Below, piece after piece: positions 1 to 10,622 of a stretch of 64,000 nt of DNA (position 1 is the stretch's first letter; each line of letters begins with the position of its first letter). The position numbers and the translations under genes are program-made. The notes under the pieces were generated by a model. The model was not told the origin of the DNA, ran no database searches, and was given only the letters and a program-made list of their open reading frames with translations. This DNA comes from Gemmatimonadales bacterium (lineage in GTDB: Bacteria; Gemmatimonadota; Gemmatimonadetes; Gemmatimonadales; GWC2-71-9). The DNA lies in the NCBI GenBank assembly GCA_044229245.1, contig JBGATI010000001.1, positions 322,346 to 386,345 on the forward strand. The letters run 5' to 3'.

Positions 1-791
1 AAGTGCGGCTTGGCAAGCCGGAGCGAGAGGTACTCGCCGAACGTCTCGCGAGCCTCGGGACCGAAGCGATAGCTCATCCCCTCGATCATCCGGTCGCCGA
101 TCCGGAGCAGCTCGTCGTGGCTGTAGTCCGGAAAGTCGAGATGGTGGGCGATCCGCGAGCTCATGCCCGGGTTGGACTTGAAGAAGGTGTCCATCCGGTC
201 CTTGTACCCGGCGAAGATCACCACCAGGTCATCCCGCTGGTTCTCCATCACCTGCAGCAGGATCTCGATCGCTTCCTGGCCGTAGTCGCGCTCGTTCTCG
301 GGGCGATAGAGGTAGTACGCCTCGTCGATGAAGAGCACGCCGCCCATCGCCTTCTTCAGCACCTCGTTGGTCTTCGGCGCCGTGTGCCCGATGTACTGCC
401 CGACCAGGTCCTCGCGGGTCACCGCCACCAGGTGTCCCTTCCGCACGTACCCGAGCCGGTGGAGGATCTCGGCCATGCGCATTGCGACCGTGGTCTTCCC
501 CGTCCCCGGGTTGCCGGTGAAGCTCATGTGCAGCGACGGCGTTTCGGCGGCGAGACCGAAGTTGAGCCGCAGCTTGTCGATCACCAGCAGCGCCGCGATG
601 TCGCGCAGCCGCTGCTTGATCGGCACCAGGCCGATCAGGTCACGGTCGAGCTCGGTGAAGACCGACTCGACCTGGCTCTGGGCCAGCACCTCCGCCACCG
701 TGCGCGCGAGGGGCGCGCTGTCGGCCACCGGCTGCGGCACCGGCGGCGGCGCGGGCGTAGAACCCGGAATGGAATAGAGCGGACGGTTCAT
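1..791 (-). CDS. cbbX: CbbX, red-type RuBisCO activase (AAA+); C-terminus cut by window edge
   Basis: Absent from the ORF track (no stop inside window). Reverse-strand translation from ATG at 791 gives [12 protein letters not shown]...[20 protein letters not shown]...[18 protein letters not shown] (Walker A)...[45 protein letters not shown]. Starts 30 nt after the cbbS stop. Confidence 0.88.
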   Translation of the reverse strand, partial: MNRPLYSIPGSTPAPPPVPQPVADSAPLARTVAEVLAQSQVESVFTELDRDLIGLVPIKQRLRDIAALLVIDKLRLNFGLAAETPSLHMSFTGNPGTGKTTVAMRMAEILHRLGYVRKGHLVAVTREDLVGQYIGHTAPKTNEVLKKAMGGVLFIDEAYYLYRPENERDYGQEAIEILLQVMENQRDDLVVIFAGYKDRMDTFFKSNPGMSSRIAHHLDFPDYSHDELLRIGDRMIEGMSYRFGPEARETFGEYLSLRLAKPH

Positions 792-821
792 ACCCGCCTC
801 GCGTGCGTCCCCGGGCCGGGC

Positions 822-1265
822 TCAGCTGTCACGATACCGCTCGCCCTCGGGTGCGTCGGCGGCATATCCCCGGGTCGTGTACTGGATGGAACGCCCCTCG
901 ATCTCGTGACGCTCGAGCTGGAAGCCGGGCTCGTGCTTCGGCCGGTTGACGATGAAGCTCATCGCGATGGACTCGACGCCCCGAGTGGAGTCGAACGCCA
1001 TCATCCTGATGTAGTGATTCGGGAAGGTCTTGCGACAGGCGTTCAGCTCCATCAGCACGCCGGCCGCGTCCTTCAGATCGAACATCGGATTGCCGAACAT
1101 CTCCCAGTAGGTGTTCCGGGGATGCGGGTCATCGGTGTACTCGACGCTCCAGGCGTATCCCTTCCGGAGTCCGTACTCGATCTGCAGCGCGATCTCGGCG
1201 TCGGTCAGGTCCGGCAGGAAGCTGAACTGCCCCTGCGTGATGCGACCGGTCGGATTGGTCATCAT
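822..1265 (-). CDS. cbbS: RuBisCO small subunit, red-type
   Basis: 147 aa, [25 protein letters not shown]...[17 protein letters not shown] upstream of the ATG. 18 nt after the cbbL stop. Confidence 0.95.
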   Translation of the reverse strand: MMTNPTGRITQGQFSFLPDLTDAEIALQIEYGLRKGYAWSVEYTDDPHPRNTYWEMFGNPMFDLKDAAGVLMELNACRKTFPNHYIRMMAFDSTRGVESIAMSFIVNRPKHEPGFQLERHEIEGRSIQYTTRGYAADAPEGERYRDS

Positions 1266-1283
1266 GGTTGCATTCTCCTCGGC

Positions 1284-2893
<1,610 letters not shown>

Positions 2894-3874
2894 ATGAACG
2901 TCTCATTCCGGCAACTGCAGGTCTTCGTCGAAGTGGCGCAGCAGCGCAGCATGGTCCGCGCGGCGGCCACGCTGCACGTCACCCCGCCAGCGGTCTCGAT
3001 GCAGATCAAGGAGCTGGAGTCCCAGGTGGGCCTGCCCCTCTTCGAACGGGAGGGGCGCAAAGTCCGCCCCTCGGCCAGTGGCGAGTATTTCCTTGGCTAT
3101 GCCCGGAAGATGCTCGCCGCCCTCAAGGAGACCGAAGATGCGATGGCGCGCTTCAAGCGCCTCGAGCATGGCCTGCTGACCATCGGCATCGTGAGTACCG
3201 CCAAGTATTTCGTGCCCCGGCTCCTGGCGCGGTTCCGCGCCGACCACCCGGGCGTGGAACTCCGGCTCCGGGTGGCGGGGAACCGGGAACGGCTGGTGGA
3301 CCTGCTGCAGGCCGGCGAAGCGGACCTCTCGATCTCGGGCCGCCCACCCAGAACACTCGCGACCCGCGCCGAGGTCTTTGCCGCCCACCCCTTCGTCTTC
3401 GTCTGCCCGCCGGGACACGCGCTGCTCGGCCGAGGGCCGCTGCAGGTGAGTGCACTGGCGGGATACCCCTTCATCGTCCGGGAGGCGGGCTCGGGCACCC
3501 GGGCCGCGATGGAGCAGTACTTCGCCGAGCATCGCTTCGAGCCGCACATCACGATGGACACCTCCAGCAACGAGACGATCAAGCAGGCGGTGATGGCGGG
3601 CATGGGCCTCTCCTTCCTGTCGCGGCACACGATCGGACTGGAACTGAAGAGCGGCCTCCTCGGGGTGCTGGACGTCGAGGACACGCCGGTCATGCGGACC
3701 TGGAACATCGTGAGCCTGCAGTCCAAGCTGCTCTCCCCGACCGCCGAAGCGTTCCGCGAGTTCATTCTCAAGCACGGGGAGGCGCAACTGCTCGGCAGCG
3801 AGGAGGGGCTGACGGCGCCCGGCCCGACGATCGGGCCGGACCCGGACCTCACCGAGGTGCCTGACGGAGGCTGA
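2894..3874 (+). CDS. cbbR: LysR-family transcriptional regulator CbbR
   Basis: 326 aa. N-terminal wHTH FRQLQVFVEVAQQRSMVRAAATLHVTPPAVSMQIKELE, then a LysR substrate-binding domain. Divergent from cbbL. Confidence 0.9.
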   Translation: MNVSFRQLQVFVEVAQQRSMVRAAATLHVTPPAVSMQIKELESQVGLPLFEREGRKVRPSASGEYFLGYARKMLAALKETEDAMARFKRLEHGLLTIGIVSTAKYFVPRLLARFRADHPGVELRLRVAGNRERLVDLLQAGEADLSISGRPPRTLATRAEVFAAHPFVFVCPPGHALLGRGPLQVSALAGYPFIVREAGSGTRAAMEQYFAEHRFEPHITMDTSSNETIKQAVMAGMGLSFLSRHTIGLELKSGLLGVLDVEDTPVMRTWNIVSLQSKLLSPTAEAFREFILKHGEAQLLGSEEGLTAPGPTIGPDPDLTEVPDGG

Positions 3875-4082
3875 GACACCCGTCACCACCTGCAGGCCTC
3901 CCGACAACCCGAAACCCCGGCGGCAGGCAGCCAGATGGCGCGAAGTGCGCCGTCGCTCGATGCGCACCGAATCCGCACGGCGAGTTCACGATCGTTTCAC
4001 GCCCGTGTCGCCATGTTGTGGTGCCATGCATGGTCACATGCGCGGGAGGATGCACCGTCGATTCATGAGAGAGGTTGCTGCC

Positions 4083-4460
4083 ATGAAGCCCTACGTCGGA
4101 TCCATCGAGAGATTGTCAATCCAGAATCAGAACTTCCGCAAGGTCCTGTTCACCGGCAAGCATGCACAGCTGGTGGTGATGTGCCTCAAGCCATCGGAAG
4201 AACTCGGTAACGAGGTGCACGCCGACGTCGATCAGTTCTTCCGCATCGAGGCGGGCGAGGCGATGTTCGTGTTCGATGGCAAGGAGCGCCATCAGGTCGG
4301 GGCCGGGGAAGCGGTCGTGGTACCGGCGGGCACCCACCACAACGTGGTCAACACCTCGTCGACCAAGCCGCTGCACCTGTACACCCTCTACTCTCCGCCC
4401 CAGCATCCGGCCGGGACGGTGCAGAAGACGAAGCCCGAGGAAGCCGCGGCCCATCGGTAG
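4083..4460 (+). CDS. Cupin domain protein
   Basis: ORF 3945..4460 trimmed to the ATG at 4083 (GAGAGG upstream). Cupin motifs GNEVHADVDQFFRIEAGEA...VVVPAGTHHNVVN. Confidence 0.7.
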   Translation: MKPYVGSIERLSIQNQNFRKVLFTGKHAQLVVMCLKPSEELGNEVHADVDQFFRIEAGEAMFVFDGKERHQVGAGEAVVVPAGTHHNVVNTSSTKPLHLYTLYSPPQHPAGTVQKTKPEEAAAHR

Positions 4461-4473
4461 CCCTCAGATGCTC

Positions 4474-4509
4474 GAGCGCCCCGCCGTCAGCGATGACGGC
4501 GGGGCGCTC
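4474..4509. terminator. Bidirectional terminator hairpin between convergent cupin and radical SAM genes
   Basis: Perfect 16-bp inverted repeat GAGCGCCCCGCCGTCA-gcga-TGACGGCGGGGCGCTC. No strong U-tract. Confidence 0.6.
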
Positions 4510-4545
4510 TGCTGCCCGGTTGCGGCGACTACTCCTCCGGTGAAC

Positions 4546-6132
4546 TCAGCCGGTGCCGGACATCGACACCAGTTCCGGCTCACTGTCCTGGCTCTTGAGA
4601 TACGCCAGCGGATCGTGCTCCATCCCGCCCTCGGGAATGTACTGCGCCAGCGAGCCGAGCTCGGCGACAAGCCGATCGGTGTAGAACGCCGGCACCTGCT
4701 CCGTCTCGCCCTGCAGGAACGCCATCATGCTGGGATCGGTATCGAGCCGGGCGCGGAGCTCGGTGTGATACTTGAGCCGCCCGAACCCCTCGGTCGAGAT
4801 CGCCCGCACCACGTTGAGCCAGCGGGGAATCGAGAGCCGGTTGGCGGCGAACCGGAGACCGATGCGCTTCCACGAGAATGAGTACGCGGTCAGGTCGACC
4901 AGGCTGTCGTAGAACGGGCGCCACTCGTAGTGCAGTGGCCGGACGTTCATGGCGCGGTTGTTGTCGAGGGTGCCGAACGGGAAGTTGAGAATCCGGCCGT
5001 TCCGCTGGTAGGTCAGGTTGAGCGGCGCCGCACGTCCGAAGGCTGACAGGAGCGAATAGGCGGGAAAGGCGCCCGGGGTCAGCTCCAGGAACTTTTTGGT
5101 CAGCTCGAACGGCTCCTCGCCCTGGTCGGTATCCATGCCGAGCACGAAGTTCGTCTGGACGTAGGGAATGTGCCGCATGATCAGGTTCACATGATCCGAG
5201 ACCTGCCGGACCTTGTCCATGCCCTTCTGCCGCGTCTTCGCCTTGTTCCCCATGTCGTACCACGACTCGATGCCCGGCAGGATCGCCTGGAAGCCGTTGC
5301 CGGCCAGGCGCTCGAGGTGCGGCTCGGACATGAGCGAGAGACTGCTCTCGGCGACGTGGCGCATCGTGCCCTTCGGCACGACCCGCTCGATCGCGTCCAT
5401 GTAGTCGTCGAAGCGCACGCCGAAGTTCGGATCGTGCCAGCCGACGATCGGGTCCTTCTTCTTCGTCAGCAGGAAGCGGAGGTCCTCGGACATGCGCTCG
5501 AAACCGAGCGGCTGGTACTCCACCGTGGAATCGATGCAGAAACTGCAGGTGTAGGGGCAGCCCAGGCTTCCCAGCATCGGGATCAGCTGGAACCAGGGAG
5601 CCTTCTTCATGTTGGCCTCGACGTACTTCCACCGCTCCTCGAGCGAGGGCAGCTCGAGCGGATGCTTCGCGGCCGCGGTCGAGAGCCCCATCGGACGGTG
5701 CGTCTCGTCATCCTCGAGCACGTCGGTGATCGTCGTCCGGTCGGTGAACCCGAGCACGTGATCGAAGAAGCGCTGGGCGTCCTCGGGATAGCAGCGGGCG
5801 TGCGGCCCGCCGAGGACCGTGATGGCACCGCGCATCCGGAAGAGATTGCTGAGCGCGTAGGCGAGATGCGCCGCGGTCGTGAAGGCCGCGACGAACAGGT
5901 AGTCCAGGTCGTCGGGGAATTCCTTCTTCAGGTCCTCGACGCCGGTATAGCAGACGAGATGGACCTGGTGTCCCATCTGTTCGCACCAGACCGCGATGGC
6001 CTGCGGCATGACGCCCGCGAAGTTGGCGTTCATGATCCGGGTATAGAGCCCCGGCTTGGTCGTGTTTTCGACGATGTCGATGATACCGATGCGGAGTCGC
6101 CGGTTGTTCCGGGACTGCCGGGACGAAGCCAT
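4546..6132 (-). CDS. B12-binding-domain-type (class B-like) radical SAM protein, function unknown
   Basis: ORF 4546..6309 trimmed to the ATG at 6132 (MASSRQSRNNRRLRIGIIDIV). N-terminal Rossmann-like domain, then the CX3CX2C cluster motif LGCPYTCSFC. Confidence 0.8.
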   Translation of the reverse strand: MASSRQSRNNRRLRIGIIDIVENTTKPGLYTRIMNANFAGVMPQAIAVWCEQMGHQVHLVCYTGVEDLKKEFPDDLDYLFVAAFTTAAHLAYALSNLFRMRGAITVLGGPHARCYPEDAQRFFDHVLGFTDRTTITDVLEDDETHRPMGLSTAAAKHPLELPSLEERWKYVEANMKKAPWFQLIPMLGSLGCPYTCSFCIDSTVEYQPLGFERMSEDLRFLLTKKKDPIVGWHDPNFGVRFDDYMDAIERVVPKGTMRHVAESSLSLMSEPHLERLAGNGFQAILPGIESWYDMGNKAKTRQKGMDKVRQVSDHVNLIMRHIPYVQTNFVLGMDTDQGEEPFELTKKFLELTPGAFPAYSLLSAFGRAAPLNLTYQRNGRILNFPFGTLDNNRAMNVRPLHYEWRPFYDSLVDLTAYSFSWKRIGLRFAANRLSIPRWLNVVRAISTEGFGRLKYHTELRARLDTDPSMMAFLQGETEQVPAFYTDRLVAELGSLAQYIPEGGMEHDPLAYLKSQDSEPELVSMSGTG

Positions 6133-6695
6133 GAGATTGTCGGGTAAGGGAGGCCAAGCTCGGAGAGCTGATATAAGGATAGGCTCATGTAGCTCCCCCC
6201 ACCAGAGTCGGGCCCGGACACCCTGTCCGGGACGCTGCCATGAAGGCCAGCCGCTGTGGGCGCGGCGGATCGATTCGGAGCAACTGGACGCCGCTCCATC
6301 CTCCGGCATAGACCCGTTTCCAACCCAACGAGCGATTGAGGCGAGGCGCCCGGCGCCCTAGAGTTTGCATTGTCGACGGGACGCACCGGCCACTACAGCT
6401 CTCTGGCGCTCCAGCGTTCCGCCTCGTCGACAACGCGAGCCGTCGTCTCGCGGCAACTTTTCGAGCGAAGAGAAGTGGGAGTCCCGCCGGCCCGGTGGTT
6501 CCAAGCGAAACGAGCCGGGAGACTCCCCACTCCGCGCCTACCGGGGTCTGCATGGTACTTCTCAAGTGGCTGGTTGCCGGCCTGACAATTGTCCGCCTTC
6601 CCGCCGCGCGCCCCTCGCAGCCGCTGTCCGGCCCCACCCCCGCTCCGCTCCTCGACGCGCGCACCTCCCCTCGCCCGGTCTCCAGCCTCGAACCG

Positions 6696-6914
6696 ATGCC
6701 TCCCCTCAGCTTTGCCGGCGCCCTGCTCACTGGCCTCGGGGCGCTGCTGCTGCTGCACGGTGGCGCCCTGGTGTTCCGGCACCGGGAACTTCTCGACGCC
6801 GAGCGCAAACCGATCCCGGCGAGGTGGGAAGCCGTGGTCCGCGGCTTTGGCGGGCTCGCCATCACCGCCGGTCTCGCGCTCGCCGGCTTCATCAGCCGGC
6901 GTGAAGAGGCGTAA
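6696..6914 (+). CDS. Small two-TM membrane protein (paralogue-like of 7040..7255)
   Basis: MPPLSFAGALLTGLGALLLLHGGALVF...GFGGLAITAGLALAGFI. An alternative upstream ATG at 6552 is in the same frame. Confidence 0.4.
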   Translation: MPPLSFAGALLTGLGALLLLHGGALVFRHRELLDAERKPIPARWEAVVRGFGGLAITAGLALAGFISRREEA

Positions 6915-7039
6915 GGCCAGCCTCAGGGCCTACATCCCTTTCCAGCCGCTCGATTGATTGTGGCCGTACTCACCGGCCGCGAGATTCATCACTCAGTGGC
7001 TCGACCGTTCTGCAGGATTCTCTCGCGAAGGAACCCTCC

Positions 7040-7255
7040 ATGCGCACTTCCCTCATTGCCGGCCTCGTCATCCTGGCCCTCGGCGCATTCGTGCTTCTGC
7101 GCGGTGCCAGCTTCACGTCCCGGAAGGATGTCCTCAAGGTCGGTGACGTGAAGGTTTCGGCGGACGAACGGCAGTCCGTTCCGCCATGGGTCGGCTGGGC
7201 CGCGGTCGTCGCCGGCGTCGTCATCATCGGTGCGGGCGCCCGTCAGCGCGCCTGA
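7040..7255 (+). CDS. Small two-TM membrane protein (DUF3185-like architecture)
   Basis: 71 aa, MRTSLIAGLVILALGAFVLLRGASFTS...PPWVGWAAVVAGVVIIGAG. Confidence 0.55.
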   Translation: MRTSLIAGLVILALGAFVLLRGASFTSRKDVLKVGDVKVSADERQSVPPWVGWAAVVAGVVIIGAGARQRA

Positions 7256-7286
7256 GCATGCCACACGAACGATGGAATGACGGAAG

Positions 7287-7514
7287 GTGGATCGCATCGA
7301 AACCATGACTCGGAAAGCGCTGCTGGCCGCGTTCGTGGCGGTCACCCTGACCCTGGTGTTCCTCGGCAGCAACACGATCGCCGCGGGGCTCTCGCACAGC
7401 GGCGTCCCGGGTACCGAAGCGGTCGTCGACTTGACGTCCCTCATCGTCCCCAACGCGCTGGTCCTCGGCGTGGCGATCATGCTGGGGTGGGCGCTCTTCG
7501 GCAAGCGGAGCTGA
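7287..7514 (+). CDS. Small two-TM membrane protein
   Basis: GTG at 7287, or ATG at 7305 (MTRKALLAAFVAVTLTLVFLG). Second hydrophobic segment LVLGVAIMLGWALFG. Confidence 0.5.
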   Translation: MDRIETMTRKALLAAFVAVTLTLVFLGSNTIAAGLSHSGVPGTEAVVDLTSLIVPNALVLGVAIMLGWALFGKRS

Positions 7515-7521
7515 AACACGA

Positions 7522-7548
7522 CCGCCGCCGGCACACTGCCGGCGGCGG
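7522..7548. terminator. Bidirectional terminator hairpin between convergent small membrane gene and korB
   Basis: 12-bp perfect GC-rich stem CCGCCGCCGGCA-cac-TGCCGGCGGCGG. Confidence 0.6.
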
Positions 7549-7571
7549 CGCTGCAGCATCACCCTCCCGAC

Positions 7572-8600
7572 TCAGGTAACGGTCCAGGTCGTCCCGGAGG
7601 CGAGCAGCTTCTCCAGCTGCCCCGCCCCATGCCTGGCGCGCGCGCTGGCGGCCAGTTCGGCGGTCCGCTCTTCATAGGTGGGGACCCGCACGGAGCGGAA
7701 GATGCCGATCGGCAGCGGGAAGTGCGGCGGCCCGAGCTCCGACAGGAGATAGGCGAGACCGGCATCCTCGATACGCGGGTCGTGGACATGGCAGTCGGCC
7801 TCGAGGAAGTCGGTCGGGCCGAGCTGAATGACCTCCGGCGTCGCGCCCACGAAGCGGATGCCCCGATCGTGGTCCTTGCCGAAGATCAGCGGCTTCCCCC
7901 GCTCCAGCATCACCCGGTGATCCGCCCTGCGGCCACGATCGGTGATCAGGTCGAATGCCCCGTCATTGAAGGTCACGCAGTTCTGGTAGACCTCGACGAA
8001 CGCCGTGCCCCTGTGCTCGGCGGCCGCGCGCAACACCCCCGCGAGGTGATCGAGTTCGACGTCCACGGTTCGGGCCACGAACGTCGCCCCGGAGGCAATC
8101 GCCAGGGAGACCGGATTGAAGGGCCGGTCCACCGATCCGAGCGGGGTCGTCTTGGTATGCGCCCCGAGCAGCGAGGTCGGCGAAAACTGGCCTTTGGTCA
8201 GCCCGTAGATCTGGTTGTTGAGCAACAGCACCTTGAGATCGACGTTGCGGCGCATCAGATGGATGAAGTGATTCCCGCCGATGGCCAGCGCGTCCCCGTC
8301 CCCCGTCACCATCCACACCGAGAGATCCGGTCGCGCGAGCTTGAGCCCGGTGGCGAGCGCCGGCGCGCGGCCGTGAATCGTGTGCATGCCGTAGGTATCG
8401 ACGTAATACGGAAAGCGGCTGGAGCAGCCGATGCCCGAGATGAAGACGAAATTCTCCTTCCGGATGCCGAGGGTCGGGAGCAGCTTCTGCACCTGGGCGA
8501 GGATCGCATAGTCTCCGCAGCCGGGGCACCAGCGGACCTCCTGGTCGGTGACGAAGTCCTTCCGCGTCAACTGGACCGGCGCATCCACGATGTGGCTCAT
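7572..8600 (-). CDS. korB: 2-oxoglutarate:ferredoxin oxidoreductase, beta subunit
   Basis: ORF trimmed to the ATG at 8600 (MSHIVDAPVQLTRKDFVTDQEVRWCPGCGDYAIL). TPP-binding GDGDALAIGGNH. ATGA overlap with the korA stop. Confidence 0.92.
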   Translation of the reverse strand: MSHIVDAPVQLTRKDFVTDQEVRWCPGCGDYAILAQVQKLLPTLGIRKENFVFISGIGCSSRFPYYVDTYGMHTIHGRAPALATGLKLARPDLSVWMVTGDGDALAIGGNHFIHLMRRNVDLKVLLLNNQIYGLTKGQFSPTSLLGAHTKTTPLGSVDRPFNPVSLAIASGATFVARTVDVELDHLAGVLRAAAEHRGTAFVEVYQNCVTFNDGAFDLITDRGRRADHRVMLERGKPLIFGKDHDRGIRFVGATPEVIQLGPTDFLEADCHVHDPRIEDAGLAYLLSELGPPHFPLPIGIFRSVRVPTYEERTAELAASARARHGAGQLEKLLASGTTWTVT

Positions 8601-10480
8601 GGGAGCATCTCCCGGATTCGATCGAGAATCTCGCTGGATACGAACGGTCGCCCCTGCACCTTGTTGAGTGATACGATCGGGAGGAGGTAGCGCTCCCGCA
8701 GCAGCTTCGAGAGCTGACCCATGTTCAGCTCCGGCACCAGCACCTGCCGGAATCGGGTGAGGACGTCGCCGAGATCGGCGGGCAGCGGATTGAGATACCG
8801 CAGATGGACGTGGCCGACCGACATGCCATCCGCCTGGGCCCGTTCCACGGCCTGGGCGATCGCGCCCCACGTGCTGCCCCACCCCACCAGCAGCAATTCA
8901 CCTGAAGCCGGACCATGCACCTCGGTCAGCGGAATGTCACGGACGATGCCGGCGACTTTCGCCGCGCGCGTCTCCACCATCCGCTGATGGTTCTTCGGAT
9001 CGCCGGAGAGATCGCCGGTCAGCGCATCTTTCTCGAGGCCGCCGATGCGATGCTCCATCCCCGGAGTGCCCGGCCGGACCCACGCCCGAGCCAGATGATC
9101 GTCCCGGGCATACGGCTGATAGCCCTCGGCCTCCGTGCGGAAGGCAGCCTTGATCTGCGGCAGCTGATTGACGGCAGGAACCCGCCACCGCTCGGAGCTG
9201 TTTCCCATGCCGCCATCCGAGAGCAGGATCACCGGCGTCATGTAGGTCACGGCGATGCGGACCGCCTCGATGGCGCAGTCGAAGCAGTCCGCCGGCGAGC
9301 GGGCCGCGATCACCGGAATGGGGCTCTCCCCATGCCGCCCGTAGATCGCCTGCATCAGATCGGACTGTTCGATCTTGGTGGGAAGTCCGGTGGACGGACC
9401 GCCACGCTGCACGTTCACCACCACCAGCGGAAGCTCGGTCATGACCGCAAGACCGAGCGCTTCGGTCTTGAGCGACATGCCAGGCCCCGAGGTCGTCGTC
9501 AGCCCGATGGCACCGCCGTACGACGCACCGATCGCCGAACAGATGGCCGCGATCTCATCCTCGGCCTGGAAGGTGGTGATGTTGAAATGGCGGAGCGCGG
9601 CGATGGTGTGGAGGATGTCGGAGGCCGGCGTGATCGGATAGGAGCCCAGGAAGAGCGGCAACCCGGAGAGTTCGGAGGCGGCCACGAAGCCGATCGCCGT
9701 GGCGATGTTGCCGGTCACGCTGCGATAGAGCCCGGGCGTCGTCGGCGCCGCGCGCACGTGGTAGAGCACCGGGAAGGTGTCGGTCTCGTCACCGAAGGCA
9801 TAGCCCGCCCTGAGGGCGAGGATGTTCGCGGTGGCGAAGGTCGGCTCCTTGCCGAAGCGGCGCTCGATGTCGGCGATCTCCGGCTCCAGCGGCCGGTGAT
9901 ACAGCCAGAGCATGAGGCCGAGGGCGAAGTAGTTCTTGCACCGGTCCGCCTCCTTGCGGGAGAGTTCCGTCTGCTCGACGGCGCGGGCGGTGAACTCGCT
10001 GATGTTGAGCGCATACAGGCGGTAATGCGACAGGCTGCCATCGGTGATCGGGTTCTCGGTGTATCCCGCTTTCGTCAGATTGGCCTCGGTGAAGGCGCCG
10101 GTATTGACGATCACCATCCCGCCATGCTTGACGTCGCCGATGTTGATCTTGAGCGCGGCGGGGTTCATCGCCACGAGCACATCGGGCGCATCGCCGGAAG
10201 TGAAGACCTCGTGCGAGGAGTACTTGATCTGGTAGCCGGAGACCCCGAACAGGGTCCCGATCGGAGCGCGGATCTCGGAGGGATAGTCAGGACGGGTGGC
10301 GAAATCGGTGCCGGCACCGGCCACCGATTTGGAGAACTCATCGCCCGCGAGCTGCATCCCGTCGCCGGAGTCGCCAGCGAAGCGGATGACGACGCTCTCG
10401 AGCTCCTCGATGTCATGATGCGGATGGGGGGCGCCCGGTGCGGCAGACTCGCCGACCGGAGGGGCGACGCTCGAACTCAC
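8597..10480 (-). CDS. korA: 2-oxoglutarate:ferredoxin oxidoreductase, alpha (fused alpha/gamma) subunit
   Basis: ORF 8597..10540 trimmed to the GTG at 10480, with AAGGAGG 5 nt upstream. VVIRFAGDSGDGMQLAG, GYPITPASDIL. Confidence 0.92.
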   Translation of the reverse strand: MSSSVAPPVGESAAPGAPHPHHDIEELESVVIRFAGDSGDGMQLAGDEFSKSVAGAGTDFATRPDYPSEIRAPIGTLFGVSGYQIKYSSHEVFTSGDAPDVLVAMNPAALKINIGDVKHGGMVIVNTGAFTEANLTKAGYTENPITDGSLSHYRLYALNISEFTARAVEQTELSRKEADRCKNYFALGLMLWLYHRPLEPEIADIERRFGKEPTFATANILALRAGYAFGDETDTFPVLYHVRAAPTTPGLYRSVTGNIATAIGFVAASELSGLPLFLGSYPITPASDILHTIAALRHFNITTFQAEDEIAAICSAIGASYGGAIGLTTTSGPGMSLKTEALGLAVMTELPLVVVNVQRGGPSTGLPTKIEQSDLMQAIYGRHGESPIPVIAARSPADCFDCAIEAVRIAVTYMTPVILLSDGGMGNSSERWRVPAVNQLPQIKAAFRTEAEGYQPYARDDHLARAWVRPGTPGMEHRIGGLEKDALTGDLSGDPKNHQRMVETRAAKVAGIVRDIPLTEVHGPASGELLLVGWGSTWGAIAQAVERAQADGMSVGHVHLRYLNPLPADLGDVLTRFRQVLVPELNMGQLSKLLRERYLLPIVSLNKVQGRPFVSSEILDRIREMLP

Positions 10481-10492
10481 GCTGGCCTCCTT

Positions 10493-10527
10493 GGAGAACC
10501 GGGCAGTGGGGCGGGCCCGGTTGCTCC
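10493..10527 (-). promoter_or_regulatory. Leader hairpin abutting the korA Shine-Dalgarno
   Basis: 12-bp stem (one bulge) GGAGAACCGGGC/GCCCGGTTGCTCC with a 10-nt loop. On the mRNA its 3-prime arm ends directly at AAGGAGG. Confidence 0.35.
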
Positions 10528-10622
10528 AAGCTATGGCCAAGGATATGGAAACCCGCGAAGGTTGTCCGAGGACTTCCCCACGATTGGCTCACACATCCTT
10601 CATCCTGCGGCAATCCCCCAGG

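Noticed and set aside
6133-6309. 59-codon N-terminal extension of the radical SAM ORF, and possible RiPP precursor sORFs upstream of it
   Set aside because: The extension is Trp/Arg/Pro-rich and crosses an AT-rich, promoter-like patch. The only upstream sORFs (for example MQTL and MAASRTGCPGPTLVGGAT) are tiny, lack RBS support and have no leader/core-like features.
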